Below, piece by piece: positions 17,886 to 28,118 of a DNA stretch of 64,000 nt. The DNA is from a virus (taxonomy: Duplodnaviria > Caudoviricetes), in the IMG/VR virus record IMGVR_UViG_3300042288_001626, one strand, 5' to 3'. Position numbers and translations under genes: made by a program. The notes under the pieces are model-generated. The model did no database searches, had not been told where the DNA came from, and saw only the letters and a list, made by a program, of their open reading frames with translations. Numbering within the stretch: position 1 is the first letter of the stretch; each line of letters starts with the position of its first letter.

Positions 17886-18467
17886 CTACGGTTTAAATAT
17901 AGCCCAACTAGAATCTATATACTTTTGTAGGGTGAGCTCTTTATTATTAGCTAAAAATTCATCTACTGCTTTTACTGCGCCAGGCCAGCTTACCTGATTA
18001 TAGTCGTGTCCTGCAAGTACTCCACCAGAAGGAATTTTGTCGTACCATGCAGCGATGTCTGACTTTACATCCCCATAGTTATGGTTCCCGTCGATGTACA
18101 CTACGTCAACTTGATCTATTTCCTCAGAAAAATCTAGTGATGATTTTTTGTGGAGCACGCAGCGGCCCTCACGTATAGCATCTTTCAATCTTCTAGCGCT
18201 TAAAGAATTTTCCAGTATGTCTACACAATGTAGCTTTTTTATGTATCTAAACCCTAATAACAGCGCTGCCGCCTCTCCGTGGTGTGTGCCTATTTCGACC
18301 CATATACTTTTATGTTTTGCCTTCTCCTGCACATCTTGAGCCAAATGAAGCAGGCCTTGTATTCCTTTAGGGCTCAGAGGATTCCAAGGCATCATATAGC
18401 GCAAGGATATGTATTGTGTCCCTTCCAGGGTAATGCTGACCAGTCTAGAGTCATTGGTTATTTCCAT
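17886..18467 (-). CDS. Class I SAM-dependent methyltransferase (Methyltransf_24-like)
   Basis: WVEIGTHHGE, VYIDGNHNY..VKSDI..WYDK..GGVLAGHDY. Confidence 0.88.
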   Translation of the reverse strand: MEITNDSRLVSITLEGTQYISLRYMMPWNPLSPKGIQGLLHLAQDVQEKAKHKSIWVEIGTHHGEAAALLLGFRYIKKLHCVDILENSLSARRLKDAIREGRCVLHKKSSLDFSEEIDQVDVVYIDGNHNYGDVKSDIAAWYDKIPSGGVLAGHDYNQVSWPGAVKAVDEFLANNKELTLQKYIDSSWAIFKP

Positions 18468-19410
18468 CTTCTTTACGCATTTTAAAATAGTTATAAACTT
18501 CTTGCTCGAGAGCTGTATTTTGCTCTCTGTAGGTCAAAACTCCTTCTGAGGTATATTTTAAACAAGTTTCAGGACTGTACTGATTGTTCGTCAATATTTT
18601 ATGTCTGTGTGTATAGTTCCTGTCTTCAATCTCTCCATGACTATAGTGACAAACCAAGCCTCGCACACTAGATATTCGAGCGTTGGTCAGTTTTCCTATA
18701 TGCTCTGCAGCATCCTCAGCAATCCCAGCCAGCATGCCTGTACTTTTTAGTTTTAACTTAGCTATCAGGATTAGTGAATCTGCTCCTCCTACAATCCCTT
18801 TGTCGTACAATCCTCCTAGCTTTGTATAGAACTCTCTGGTTATCGCCCAGGCCTGTCCTGGATGTCCTCCCCATACATTAGTGGTAAGCCTTCCTATCGT
18901 GGAAGGCGTGGCTCTATGCCAGTTATCTGTAGTCATTGTGTTTTTCGCAAAAAAGCTACAAAAGCTTTCAGCAAAAACAACAGACTCCGTGTGTTTTGTT
19001 ATAGTTTCAGGAAGGTGATCTTTATCTAAAAAAACACAAGAGGTCCAAGGCTGCACGAGATCGTTGTATTCTAGCTGCTGGATAGTCTCCTCTACCCAGC
19101 TTGTATTTGTGAATAAAATATCTCTGTCTATCCAAGAGGCATACTTCCAATCATCAGGCAAACTAGCTACGCCTATGTTTATTAAATTTTCTTTGACCCA
19201 CAAAACGCTAGGAAGATGAACTTTAATATGCTTGAAAATTTTTTCTGTAAAATCAGGCAGGCTAGTCTCTCTGTATCCTTCTACCAACACCATTTTAATG
19301 TCAGGGTACATAGCCATCTGGCTTACAAACCTGTTTAGATTTTTTAATCCTGAGGAGTAATTTACAAAATTAAAATACGGTACGACTACAAACAAAGATT
19401 TGTCGCTCAT
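18451..19410 (-). CDS. Glycosyltransferase-like protein (GT-A, conserved in phages and giant viruses)
   Basis: WVKENLINIG, ASWIDRDILF, VQPW, HPGQAWA..R, GGLYD..IVGGAD and HYSHG. Confidence 0.65.
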   Translation of the reverse strand: MSDKSLFVVVPYFNFVNYSSGLKNLNRFVSQMAMYPDIKMVLVEGYRETSLPDFTEKIFKHIKVHLPSVLWVKENLINIGVASLPDDWKYASWIDRDILFTNTSWVEETIQQLEYNDLVQPWTSCVFLDKDHLPETITKHTESVVFAESFCSFFAKNTMTTDNWHRATPSTIGRLTTNVWGGHPGQAWAITREFYTKLGGLYDKGIVGGADSLILIAKLKLKSTGMLAGIAEDAAEHIGKLTNARISSVRGLVCHYSHGEIEDRNYTHRHKILTNNQYSPETCLKYTSEGVLTYREQNTALEQEVYNYFKMRKEDGNNQ

Positions 19411-19413
19411 AAA

Positions 19414-21474
19414 CTACAGTACGGTTGTTTCTAAAAAACTTTTTAATTTGTCTGTGTTAACAAACATGCTTCTTTGTGCGTGAGGCGCAGAGCTAGAAAC
19501 TTTCTTATTGGGTTCGCTCTCAGCGCAAACGATACCATAATATTTAAATCCTACTGAGTCAGCTAAGCTCATATAGTACGGAGCAATATAATAAGCAGGA
19601 AGCAAGTCTATCAGAGTAGTTTTGGTTGAGCAAAACACGCAGTTTGCCATCGCAGCTCCGTGTGAGCCTATAACCACGGAAGCTTCTTGCATGATCCTCG
19701 GGAGATCTGCTTGATTACTTGCGTATATTGTTTCAAATCCCAGAGAAGCAAGCAGGTCCTCAAAAGGTTCGAGGTTGTGTACGTCTCTTCCTCCTCCCTC
19801 TCTAGAAAGATATATCAACCGGTACGGTTCTCTAACGGAACTCATTTCCTCTTTAAATAACTCCCGGAGATCCAAAAATGTATCTTTGCGGTATAGTCTG
19901 CCGAACCCGCTAAAAGTAGGCGATGTAACAGAGTCAAAAATAAAGCCATTCTTGTGTGTGGCTTTTGTTTGCTTTGTAACAGGATCATATTTCAAGCCAC
20001 AATGAATTAACTTATTTTTAGCTAGGTTTAGCTTTTTATACAGGGAGGAAATTATGTTGTTTTTAAAAGAGGGCACTATATACCAGTCAAACGACTGCAA
20101 ATCTATTTTAGCTTTATTTAGTACATGTATCCCGCAGCCCATTGAATCTAGTAACGCGTGACAAAGATTGTTGTTTCCAAAAAGTTTTGTCATGTTTAAT
20201 GCGGTTCCTCCCTTGTATTCCAGGGGAATGTCTGGATTATTATCTAAATTGCATTTACCAAACCAGGTTAATTTTGTTTCTGAGTTTTTTTGCGTACGCA
20301 ATCTTACGGTACCTAGCTGTGTTACTCCTCCGTACCTTGTAGAAGTGTCTCTATTAAACACGAGACCTCTTCCGCAGACTACTGCATCGTTAACCGTAAG
20401 AACACCCGCAGAGGGAAATGTAAACTTCTTTATGATGTTGTCCACATTGTCTTTATCTGGAGATTCCCACAACAGATACTCTCCTGTGTTAAACTCATAC
20501 TCAGTCTCAGGATAAACCTGAACCCAGAAGGAAGAGTCTAATTCTCTGATATCCTCATCATGAAAAGCTAACGGGTAGTGTTTGGTGCTACTCTTGCTTT
20601 TATATGCGAGTCCAAGATCTCCACAACTCTGCAGCCTGAAGTCTCTAAAGTTTTCACTTAAAAAAGGAGAATGCGTTAGAGCGAACTGCTTGACTCCGCT
20701 AGTTGAAACTACGCTAGCTAGCTGAAGCTGCTTCTCACTATTTGCTACCTTACCTATCCACTCATATAAAATTTCCCTAGTTCCTATGTAGGCGAAGCAA
20801 GCATCAAGCTTTACGAAATTACTATAGTTTGCTTCTGTCTCAATAGAGATAGGGTGCCTTCCTCCTAGAAACAAGACGTCGACCAGCTCAGGAACTATTC
20901 CTTTAATATTTAGTAGCGAATTAAAAAAATTTGAAGTGAACACACAGTCAGAGTCTACTATCAAAAATCTTTTGTGTTCTTCTTCAACAGCTTTTTTCCA
21001 TGCTTGTCCGTGATTGTACGTGATTCTGTCTTGTATGTTTTCTATATCGCTCGAGGGAATAAAAGTTATAGAATTAAACCCCGCAGAGCGTAAATGCTCT
21101 TCAGCTGTATTTATACCTATTCCTGTATCAACTATATAGCAAGGCAAAGAAAGTAAGCTCTCCGCACAGTCGAACAGATACAGGTCTTTATATTTTTCTG
21201 CATAGTCGTAGAAAAGATCTTGTAGATGTTTCCGCTTGTCCACAGAGACCGTCTTGATTTCTCCGTTGAGTCTGTACGTGAACTGTATCTCTGTCTTGTC
21301 AGACAGTAAATTGTCGGCTACCTCAAAGTACTTGTTACTTTTAACATAGTCGGCATCAAGACTTTTCGTAAACTTCACAACTCTTCTCCCTTGAAGCAAC
21401 TCGACTCCTGCCACTTGTACGCTGAGGAGTTGAGAAAGATCTACATCTTCCTTGCCAGGTATTTTAAACCGCAT
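19414..21474 (-). CDS. Fusion glycosyltransferase: GT25-like GT-A domain plus C-terminal GT61 (DUF563) domain
   Basis: WKKAV....FLIVDSD..LFLGG. C-terminal IYLSR....RDVHN..., ASVVIGSHGAAMANCVF...TTLIDL...YY. Confidence 0.75.
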   Translation of the reverse strand: MRFKIPGKEDVDLSQLLSVQVAGVELLQGRRVVKFTKSLDADYVKSNKYFEVADNLLSDKTEIQFTYRLNGEIKTVSVDKRKHLQDLFYDYAEKYKDLYLFDCAESLLSLPCYIVDTGIGINTAEEHLRSAGFNSITFIPSSDIENIQDRITYNHGQAWKKAVEEEHKRFLIVDSDCVFTSNFFNSLLNIKGIVPELVDVLFLGGRHPISIETEANYSNFVKLDACFAYIGTREILYEWIGKVANSEKQLQLASVVSTSGVKQFALTHSPFLSENFRDFRLQSCGDLGLAYKSKSSTKHYPLAFHDEDIRELDSSFWVQVYPETEYEFNTGEYLLWESPDKDNVDNIIKKFTFPSAGVLTVNDAVVCGRGLVFNRDTSTRYGGVTQLGTVRLRTQKNSETKLTWFGKCNLDNNPDIPLEYKGGTALNMTKLFGNNNLCHALLDSMGCGIHVLNKAKIDLQSFDWYIVPSFKNNIISSLYKKLNLAKNKLIHCGLKYDPVTKQTKATHKNGFIFDSVTSPTFSGFGRLYRKDTFLDLRELFKEEMSSVREPYRLIYLSREGGGRDVHNLEPFEDLLASLGFETIYASNQADLPRIMQEASVVIGSHGAAMANCVFCSTKTTLIDLLPAYYIAPYYMSLADSVGFKYYGIVCAESEPNKKVSSSAPHAQRSMFVNTDKLKSFLETTVL

Positions 21475-21482
21475 ACTAAGTT

Positions 21483-24400
21483 TTAGTTAATAAGAGAGTA
21501 CGTGCCGTTATTGTACTCGTATATTTTGCCTGTACTAGTGACCGTTAATCTTTTCCCGTTTGTGGAGGTTATGCTTGATACTCGAGAGTCGATCAAGCTG
21601 TTATTTTTAAGGCTGACCACGCTGATGTTTCCTAATATGGTTTTTGGAGTGGCACCAAAATCTACCCCGGTAGAGTACCTTATTAATAAATTACCTCCAA
21701 TATAAGTAGGAAAATTGCTAGCGAGACTGTCCATGTTTGCCTCCGAGATGGATAAGTACTCCAGAGAACAAGACCCTATAATTACTCGTGGAAGTCCTGT
21801 GAAATTGGTTGCCCTCTCTAGCGTCATAAGAGCATCCCCTTGAACTTCGCGGGGAAGGAGAGGCATGATCGCGTTGGATCTGTCCGGAAGGTATGAAAGC
21901 GTTATAAGAGAGTCGGTAAGCAAGCAATCAGCCAAGTTAGCAGTCAAACCTGTGCCTTGAGGATCATAATTTCCATGGGTCACACGATCATTCACAACAT
22001 ACAGCTGCTTGCTAGAATTGTACGAAGCTAAGGTATATACCTGAGTATACGGGTAGCCATTATTATGTATGTAATTAGATACGCGTCCGTCCCTTACCTT
22101 AGTAGGCACGCCGTTAGCGTAGGTATAGAAGTCTCCTGTGTCTGCGGCTTTTTGAGGAGTAGAGTTCGTATATGTTGTAGATATGGCGTCTAAAGTCTGA
22201 TCAAAGTAGCCTATACTTAAAGCCATGCTCTGCTGTACTTGCGTCCTTCCTGTTGAAGAGTAGCTCCACCAAACTCCACAACGGTCTGGAACTATTAATC
22301 TTTCGTGACTCTGCAATCCAGGTAAACTTATACTGTTTATTGTGCATGGAGCATTCGTTAGCATTCTACGTATAAGCCCGGTCCCTGTTATCGTAAGGCT
22401 ATTTAGTGTAGCAGGTAGTGTTGAGAGATCGGACGTCGTCCCAAATACGCCGACATTCAATGTAATGTTCTGTACATTTGCAGGAATATTGCCAACTCCA
22501 AAATTTCCACTCCCGCTGAATCTAAAAGTTACAATAGAGGTAGGAAGCGCGCTAAGATTTATCAAACCATTAGCTCTGGTTACAAAAAGGTTAAAAGTAT
22601 TTATCTGAACTCCTGCAGGAAATGTAGAAAAGCTGGGAGGCAGCGTGAAGGAACTCCCATAAGTGAATTCTCCTGTTACCGTAGGACAACCTGCAAAAGA
22701 CAACAACTCTACAACGGGTCTAGAAATGTCGGTATTTTCTCCAAAGTCTAAATTTCCTACTTTTCTTGCAGTATGACTTAGATCAGCATAGGTTTTCGAT
22801 ATACCAGAACCCTGCGCTGCTCTATATCGTAGTGTACCCGTTACTTCAACTGGAGCATAGCTGGCAGGATAGTCGTAAATTATTGCTTGCCCGCTAGGAA
22901 AGGTTATGTTTAAATCACCTAGAACCGTGACATTAGAAAAGTCTGCATATCCGATTGTGAAGTTTGGTCCGTACGGCACATTCCAGCTCACGGACGGAAC
23001 AGTGAATTTTTGAGTTACACTGTCGTATGAAACCTGTACGGGCGCCAAGTATGGCAAGATTACTAAACCTTTGCGTCCCATGGTAGGAGTTCCATTGCTG
23101 AATGTATAGAAATCTCCTGTGTCTAAGGCTGTTTGAGGAATAGAGTTTGAGTATGTGAGGTCTTTGACTCCTGCCGTGGTAAAGTACCCTATGGACATTA
23201 CTCCTAGGGCCTTTACTCTCGTATTATTGTTATAAAACCACCATACCCCACACTTATCGACAGAGGTCACACTTTGCGCCGCAGCATAAGCATTAGAAAA
23301 TTGACTTATAGTGCAGGGAAAATTAGTATAGTCGGTAAGTTTTGTGTTATTTAACACCAGCCTATTTACAGTTTGAGGTAGATCCAGCTGCGCTAGCTGT
23401 GCAGCGTTCTGGAATTCTACACTACTCATTGAGGATCCTCCTATAGTTACCTTAGTTAAATTTGGCATTATTGACGCAAGAAATGTGTGGGTTCCTGCTA
23501 TAGTTACTTCGGCGACTCTTACACTCAAAAAAGTCGTCGTCCCTGCTACAGTTCCAATGTTAGCTATATATCCACCTCCGTAATTGGCTGACTGTACAGT
23601 CAATGACCCTCCTACATTCCCTATAGATAATAATGAAGAGATTGCTGTGTTACTGATTAGAACATCTCCCGACACATTAGGAATGCTTACAGTTGTAAAG
23701 CTGCCATTTAACAATTGAAACGACGTGAAATTCCACTTGTTATACTCACTTTCAGGTAACTGTACATTTCCTGAAAAAATAAGCGTACCTATGGTTGCAG
23801 TACCTACAACAGAAGTCAGCGAATTAGGCACTACTATCAAAGTTCCTATTTCACTAGGAAGGCCTAGCGATGTGTAACTGCCCGGACTTAAGGATAACGT
23901 ACCTGTAAAAACCACGTCAGCTATATTAAGGGACAGCAAGTCTCCTTGAATTCCTGTTGGAGTGGAATGGCTGCCATCCACTTTGTATTTGCCTCCCACG
24001 TAATATATAGAAGCGCCATTCCACAAAACACCATCTCTAACTTTTGTGGGTACGCCGTTAGCGTAGGTATAGAAATCTCCTGTGTCTATGGCTTTTTGAG
24101 GAGTAGTAGTTGAGTAGGTTGTAGCCAGCGTTCCTTTAGGGGAGAAGTAACCTGTACTATAGGCTCCAAGAAAATCGACCTCTGCTGTTCTTGTGTTGTT
24201 TAAATATACCCATTTAACTCCACATTGGTCAGCAGTCACAGGAAACATTTTTCCTCCAAGGAAAAAATTTACTCCTGCGCAAGGCATATAATTTACATTT
24301 GTAATGCCTGTATTTTCTGCTCTTAGAGTCGTGATGCTTTGAGGTAAGTATTGCAAGCTCGTTAAGTTAGGTAGATTGCTACAATTGTACGAGACGAGCT

Positions 24401-26111
24401 GTTTGTCGGTAGGACCGTAACGCAAACTAGTTAGTGGGTGATTTCGATTACAGTCAAACTCTTGAAGAGTTCCTGGAACATTAAAGCCTTGCAGACTAGT
24501 TAAACTGTTCCACATGCAATAAAAGTTGTGTACATTCCCTGCAGCAGAAAAGTGTTGTAAACTGGTTATTTGATTAAAAGAGCAGTCAAAACTTGCTCCA
24601 TTAGGAATGGTTGGAACGTACTGAAGACTTGTGAGATTATTGTTAGAGCAATTAAATCCTGGTCCTGCTACTCCAGTTAGAACAGGAGCTCCTTTTAGGG
24701 TTGTTAGTGCGCAATAAGAACAATCTAAAGATCCTACACTAGGAGTACAGTTTGAAAGAGACCCTATTGCAACACCTGAGCAGACAAAAGCACCTGTAAT
24801 ACTCTCCGCAACACAACGATAGAGCCCATACTGTAGGGAGTTACCGTTTATTCTAAAGTCTCCCTCAACTCTTTTTACATTGTTAAATCTTAGAGAAGTT
24901 AGCCCTTTGGTTGCAAAGTTTACAGAGTCATGTACGGTTATTTTGCCGTCACTGTCTACTGTGTGACTAGGAATATCGTCAACAATCACTCCCAGAAAAA
25001 ACTTTTTTGTTTCCGTGCTTGTAGTGCAACTAAAAATAGTTCCAGTAGTATCTGCTGTGCGGCTGTTGCGCGCTGCGGATACTGTCCCTGTAAATGGTAA
25101 GCCGTTTAAAAAGAAATAGCCTTCATACAGCTCACTGAAGAAGGATGGTCCTTCTCCGTCTGTAGGGTTGTTCTGATCGTCAACTCCGCAAGGACCTCCA
25201 TCTATAACAACAGAACTTAGCAACTCAACATATTGATTATAATAACCATTGACGCCTGCATTGGCGAAAGTATTTCCCTTAGGATCCGTTCCGGTAGGAT
25301 CGGTAGAGGAGTATGTCTCCACTCTACGAACTAAACCGTCGGTGAACTCATAAAATCCTGAACCTAGCAAAGATATTTGCCCTGCTGCGTTATGCACAGC
25401 CTTGTCAATTACCTGTGTACCTACCCATGAGCCTGCATTGATGAGTCCACTATAGATATAATTATTATATACTCGTTGAACTTTAATTGTTGTTTCCGCT
25501 ACATACACTGCTCCAGGATCTGCAGAAGTAGTTAAAACACAACGAATTCTTTGATTCTCTAAAGCTAAAAAATCTGATGCTTGTGTGTATGTGTTTGAAG
25601 TCGAAGGAAGATCTGTCCAAGAGGTGAACGGAGCGCTTGAGCTTTTTTGCCATTTATACGTTATCTGTGCTGAGCTGTTCGGTCCATAGTAGGCAGAGAC
25701 GCTTAAAGATAAACCTACCTTCTCATCAATGTAAGTTTCTTCTTCCGGAGTACTACTGACTACAAATCTGCTCACAGAGCCTGTATTCACGGAGCCAGGA
25801 TACCTGCGCAAATTCCCAAGAATCTGTCCTCCATTCACACCCTTTAGAATAACTGTGGGTGTGGTTATACTTCCTGTGTTAGTGCCTGTGGTATCTATAG
25901 TAGTCCGAGCCGCAACAATGTTTCCGTTATTTACGCTTCCTCCTGTGACGAATACATCCGTGGCTGTAATGTTTCCTGAGTTGGTAGCCCCATTTCTCAA
26001 CCGAACCTGGCCTGACGCTCCGCTAGTAGGCACATTCCCTGCACTAGTCTGCAAGGTTTTAACGTTTGTGGAGCTGTTTAAAGTAATGTTGTTGGCTATG
26101 ATAGACCCCAT
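21483..26111 (-). CDS. 1542-aa surface/fibre protein: beta-helix head, Ig-like domain, LRRs and a threefold repeated module
   Basis: ITYKWQK Ig-like motif; LTSLxxxP...FxCSxN LRRs; three copies of CGVxW...S[TI]GYF...PQxAxDTGDFYT[YF]xNG[VT]PT. Confidence 0.7.
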   Translation of the reverse strand: MGSIIANNITLNSSTNVKTLQTSAGNVPTSGASGQVRLRNGATNSGNITATDVFVTGGSVNNGNIVAARTTIDTTGTNTGSITTPTVILKGVNGGQILGNLRRYPGSVNTGSVSRFVVSSTPEEETYIDEKVGLSLSVSAYYGPNSSAQITYKWQKSSSAPFTSWTDLPSTSNTYTQASDFLALENQRIRCVLTTSADPGAVYVAETTIKVQRVYNNYIYSGLINAGSWVGTQVIDKAVHNAAGQISLLGSGFYEFTDGLVRRVETYSSTDPTGTDPKGNTFANAGVNGYYNQYVELLSSVVIDGGPCGVDDQNNPTDGEGPSFFSELYEGYFFLNGLPFTGTVSAARNSRTADTTGTIFSCTTSTETKKFFLGVIVDDIPSHTVDSDGKITVHDSVNFATKGLTSLRFNNVKRVEGDFRINGNSLQYGLYRCVAESITGAFVCSGVAIGSLSNCTPSVGSLDCSYCALTTLKGAPVLTGVAGPGFNCSNNNLTSLQYVPTIPNGASFDCSFNQITSLQHFSAAGNVHNFYCMWNSLTSLQGFNVPGTLQEFDCNRNHPLTSLRYGPTDKQLVSYNCSNLPNLTSLQYLPQSITTLRAENTGITNVNYMPCAGVNFFLGGKMFPVTADQCGVKWVYLNNTRTAEVDFLGAYSTGYFSPKGTLATTYSTTTPQKAIDTGDFYTYANGVPTKVRDGVLWNGASIYYVGGKYKVDGSHSTPTGIQGDLLSLNIADVVFTGTLSLSPGSYTSLGLPSEIGTLIVVPNSLTSVVGTATIGTLIFSGNVQLPESEYNKWNFTSFQLLNGSFTTVSIPNVSGDVLISNTAISSLLSIGNVGGSLTVQSANYGGGYIANIGTVAGTTTFLSVRVAEVTIAGTHTFLASIMPNLTKVTIGGSSMSSVEFQNAAQLAQLDLPQTVNRLVLNNTKLTDYTNFPCTISQFSNAYAAAQSVTSVDKCGVWWFYNNNTRVKALGVMSIGYFTTAGVKDLTYSNSIPQTALDTGDFYTFSNGTPTMGRKGLVILPYLAPVQVSYDSVTQKFTVPSVSWNVPYGPNFTIGYADFSNVTVLGDLNITFPSGQAIIYDYPASYAPVEVTGTLRYRAAQGSGISKTYADLSHTARKVGNLDFGENTDISRPVVELLSFAGCPTVTGEFTYGSSFTLPPSFSTFPAGVQINTFNLFVTRANGLINLSALPTSIVTFRFSGSGNFGVGNIPANVQNITLNVGVFGTTSDLSTLPATLNSLTITGTGLIRRMLTNAPCTINSISLPGLQSHERLIVPDRCGVWWSYSSTGRTQVQQSMALSIGYFDQTLDAISTTYTNSTPQKAADTGDFYTYANGVPTKVRDGRVSNYIHNNGYPYTQVYTLASYNSSKQLYVVNDRVTHGNYDPQGTGLTANLADCLLTDSLITLSYLPDRSNAIMPLLPREVQGDALMTLERATNFTGLPRVIIGSCSLEYLSISEANMDSLASNFPTYIGGNLLIRYSTGVDFGATPKTILGNISVVSLKNNSLIDSRVSSITSTNGKRLTVTSTGKIYEYNNGTYSLIN

Positions 26112-26112
26112 A

Positions 26113-28104
26113 TTAATTTATAGTTACCTGATCAATTAAAAGATTAGCATTAGGTAGATTGATATCGCAAGATATTGTTGAAGAATGTATGCGTACGTAA
26201 TTATCCCAGTTATCTTCAAACGATCCCGGCATTTTGTTATTTTTTCGATAGCCTATACTTCCTTCTATTCTGGTAGGCATTCTATCTGCAGATATTTGCA
26301 TCACTAGTACCGACACTGCCTCGATCTGCGGATTGACCATTCCTGCAGGAGGCGTAGTAGAAGCCTGAGAATACTCGTCATCCATACCCAAGATATTTAT
26401 GATTGCTCCTTTCAAAGGCAGCCCTGACGCAAGAGGTGCAGTACGTGTACTGTCGCTATAGAAATATGTGCCTCCTCCTGCGAGCCAATCGTAGAGCCGA
26501 GGTTGATCGCCGTTCGCTTTGCCGGGCTCTCCTGCATACAGATAGGCTACAGAATAGGACGGGATGTCTGTGGCTTGAAAATCCAGCAATAGCTCTGTGT
26601 TGTTCACAAGAGGAAGAAGTGCTGCAGGCTTTGTAAAATTGGTATTACCATCAAGCAGATCTGTCACAATACGAATATTTCCTAGCGAGCCTCTAAACTT
26701 GTTTGTGGAAGGTGGGAGATCTGCAGAGGTTTGTCCGTAGCCTATAACAGCGTTAGAGCCTATCCAGAGATTGTAGGTATTGTCGTTTAACAGTGTTATT
26801 CCTGTATCGGCAAGTACACCATCTATAAAAATTTTAAATACCGATGACACTGGTTCCCTGGTTACTCGCACATGATACCAAGTCGAAATAGCTATGGGCA
26901 CTCCGTCACTAGCGAACACGCTGCCGTTATCTACACGCAGCCTGCCCTGCTTTATATGAACGTGTAACTTTGTGGCATTTGATTTATTTTTAAAGCAAAA
27001 AACACTTTGATCGTCTAGACTGCTGGTGTTGAGCCAAAAATCTAAATTTATCGTATTTGTTCTCACGTCGATAAATTCATCCACAATCAAAGCTCCAGGG
27101 GACGTGCTGTTTGCGGTAAGTCCAAAACTAGCGCAACCTGCATCTGTATCTAGTTTTACATCTCCTCCAAAAGCTACATTTCTCAAGCTAAGAGAAGCAT
27201 CGTCCATCCATCTAGCCAGCACAGGTACACGCACACTTCCGTTAGTCAGTAGCAATTGTGTTTGATTAGTTTTAGGAGGAATGGTGTACGCTCTAGGCGC
27301 GATTAATCCAAAAACTGTAGGAATAGCTTCTGTTGTTGTGTTAACAGCTCTAAAATAGCAGAAAGCTTCGGCTTGTGCTTGTGTTGTGCTTTCAGAGACA
27401 CATACATCTAGTCTAGGAACAACTCCAAGGTTAGCTGTGTTATTCCACGCGGGATCGAAAGCATTAACACCATTCGATTGATATAGCGCCATAGATCCTC
27501 CGCTCAGTACAATCTCTATAGGATCGCCTCCAGCAGGATTAACGAATATTTCTAGCTTACCGTTTAGATAAGTTGTTATCTTTCCATCATCGAATATAAC
27601 GGCGAGATGATTCCAGCTGTTTGGAGATATCTCTGTGGTTCCGGTTATTTTCCCGGTAGGATCGACGGCAACATCTCTCCACAGGAAAATTTGCTCTAGT
27701 GAAAATTTTGTATTATCTGTTGCGCTTGTTACGACAGAGTAATTTAACAAGTCGTAACCGTATCCACTCAAATAGAGCGTGCTGCCGCTCAGTGGAGTAC
27801 CTATCGCTCTAAATATGATATCTCCGGAGCGCTTTACTCTAAATACTGTATCTATATAAAACTTGGTTGCTCCTAATGGAAATGCGCTAAGAGGTAGTTG
27901 TAGTGCTCCGTAGTCAGAAGACTGGTTTTTATACGCTATAGCATATTTGGCTGGAGTAGATGTGTCTGATTTCTGTTCTACATTCCCTACAAGTGTAACT
28001 GTTCTGCTATACCTCGATCTGTCCGCATACCAGGATACGATAGAGGCTATACCTCCTAGAGCTTTAGAGGCACTATTAATGCCTGCTGTGGTTATTAAAG
28101 GCAT
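26113..28104 (-). CDS. LamG/concanavalin A-like lectin domain protein (two domains)
   Basis: WNHLAVIFDDGKITTYLNG; DFWL...WYHVRVTR...KIFIDG...IG...FRGSLGNIRI. Confidence 0.8.
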   Translation of the reverse strand: MPLITTAGINSASKALGGIASIVSWYADRSRYSRTVTLVGNVEQKSDTSTPAKYAIAYKNQSSDYGALQLPLSAFPLGATKFYIDTVFRVKRSGDIIFRAIGTPLSGSTLYLSGYGYDLLNYSVVTSATDNTKFSLEQIFLWRDVAVDPTGKITGTTEISPNSWNHLAVIFDDGKITTYLNGKLEIFVNPAGGDPIEIVLSGGSMALYQSNGVNAFDPAWNNTANLGVVPRLDVCVSESTTQAQAEAFCYFRAVNTTTEAIPTVFGLIAPRAYTIPPKTNQTQLLLTNGSVRVPVLARWMDDASLSLRNVAFGGDVKLDTDAGCASFGLTANSTSPGALIVDEFIDVRTNTINLDFWLNTSSLDDQSVFCFKNKSNATKLHVHIKQGRLRVDNGSVFASDGVPIAISTWYHVRVTREPVSSVFKIFIDGVLADTGITLLNDNTYNLWIGSNAVIGYGQTSADLPPSTNKFRGSLGNIRIVTDLLDGNTNFTKPAALLPLVNNTELLLDFQATDIPSYSVAYLYAGEPGKANGDQPRLYDWLAGGGTYFYSDSTRTAPLASGLPLKGAIINILGMDDEYSQASTTPPAGMVNPQIEAVSVLVMQISADRMPTRIEGSIGYRKNNKMPGSFEDNWDNYVRIHSSTISCDINLPNANLLIDQVTIN

Positions 28105-28118
28105 AGTTTTCTCCTGTA

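Noticed and set aside
22087-24110. Similar ~80-bp segments as a possible diversity-generating retroelement TR/VR pair
   Set aside because: Both lie in frame in the same ORF, the differences are mostly synonymous and not adenine-specific, and there is no reverse transcriptase in the window.
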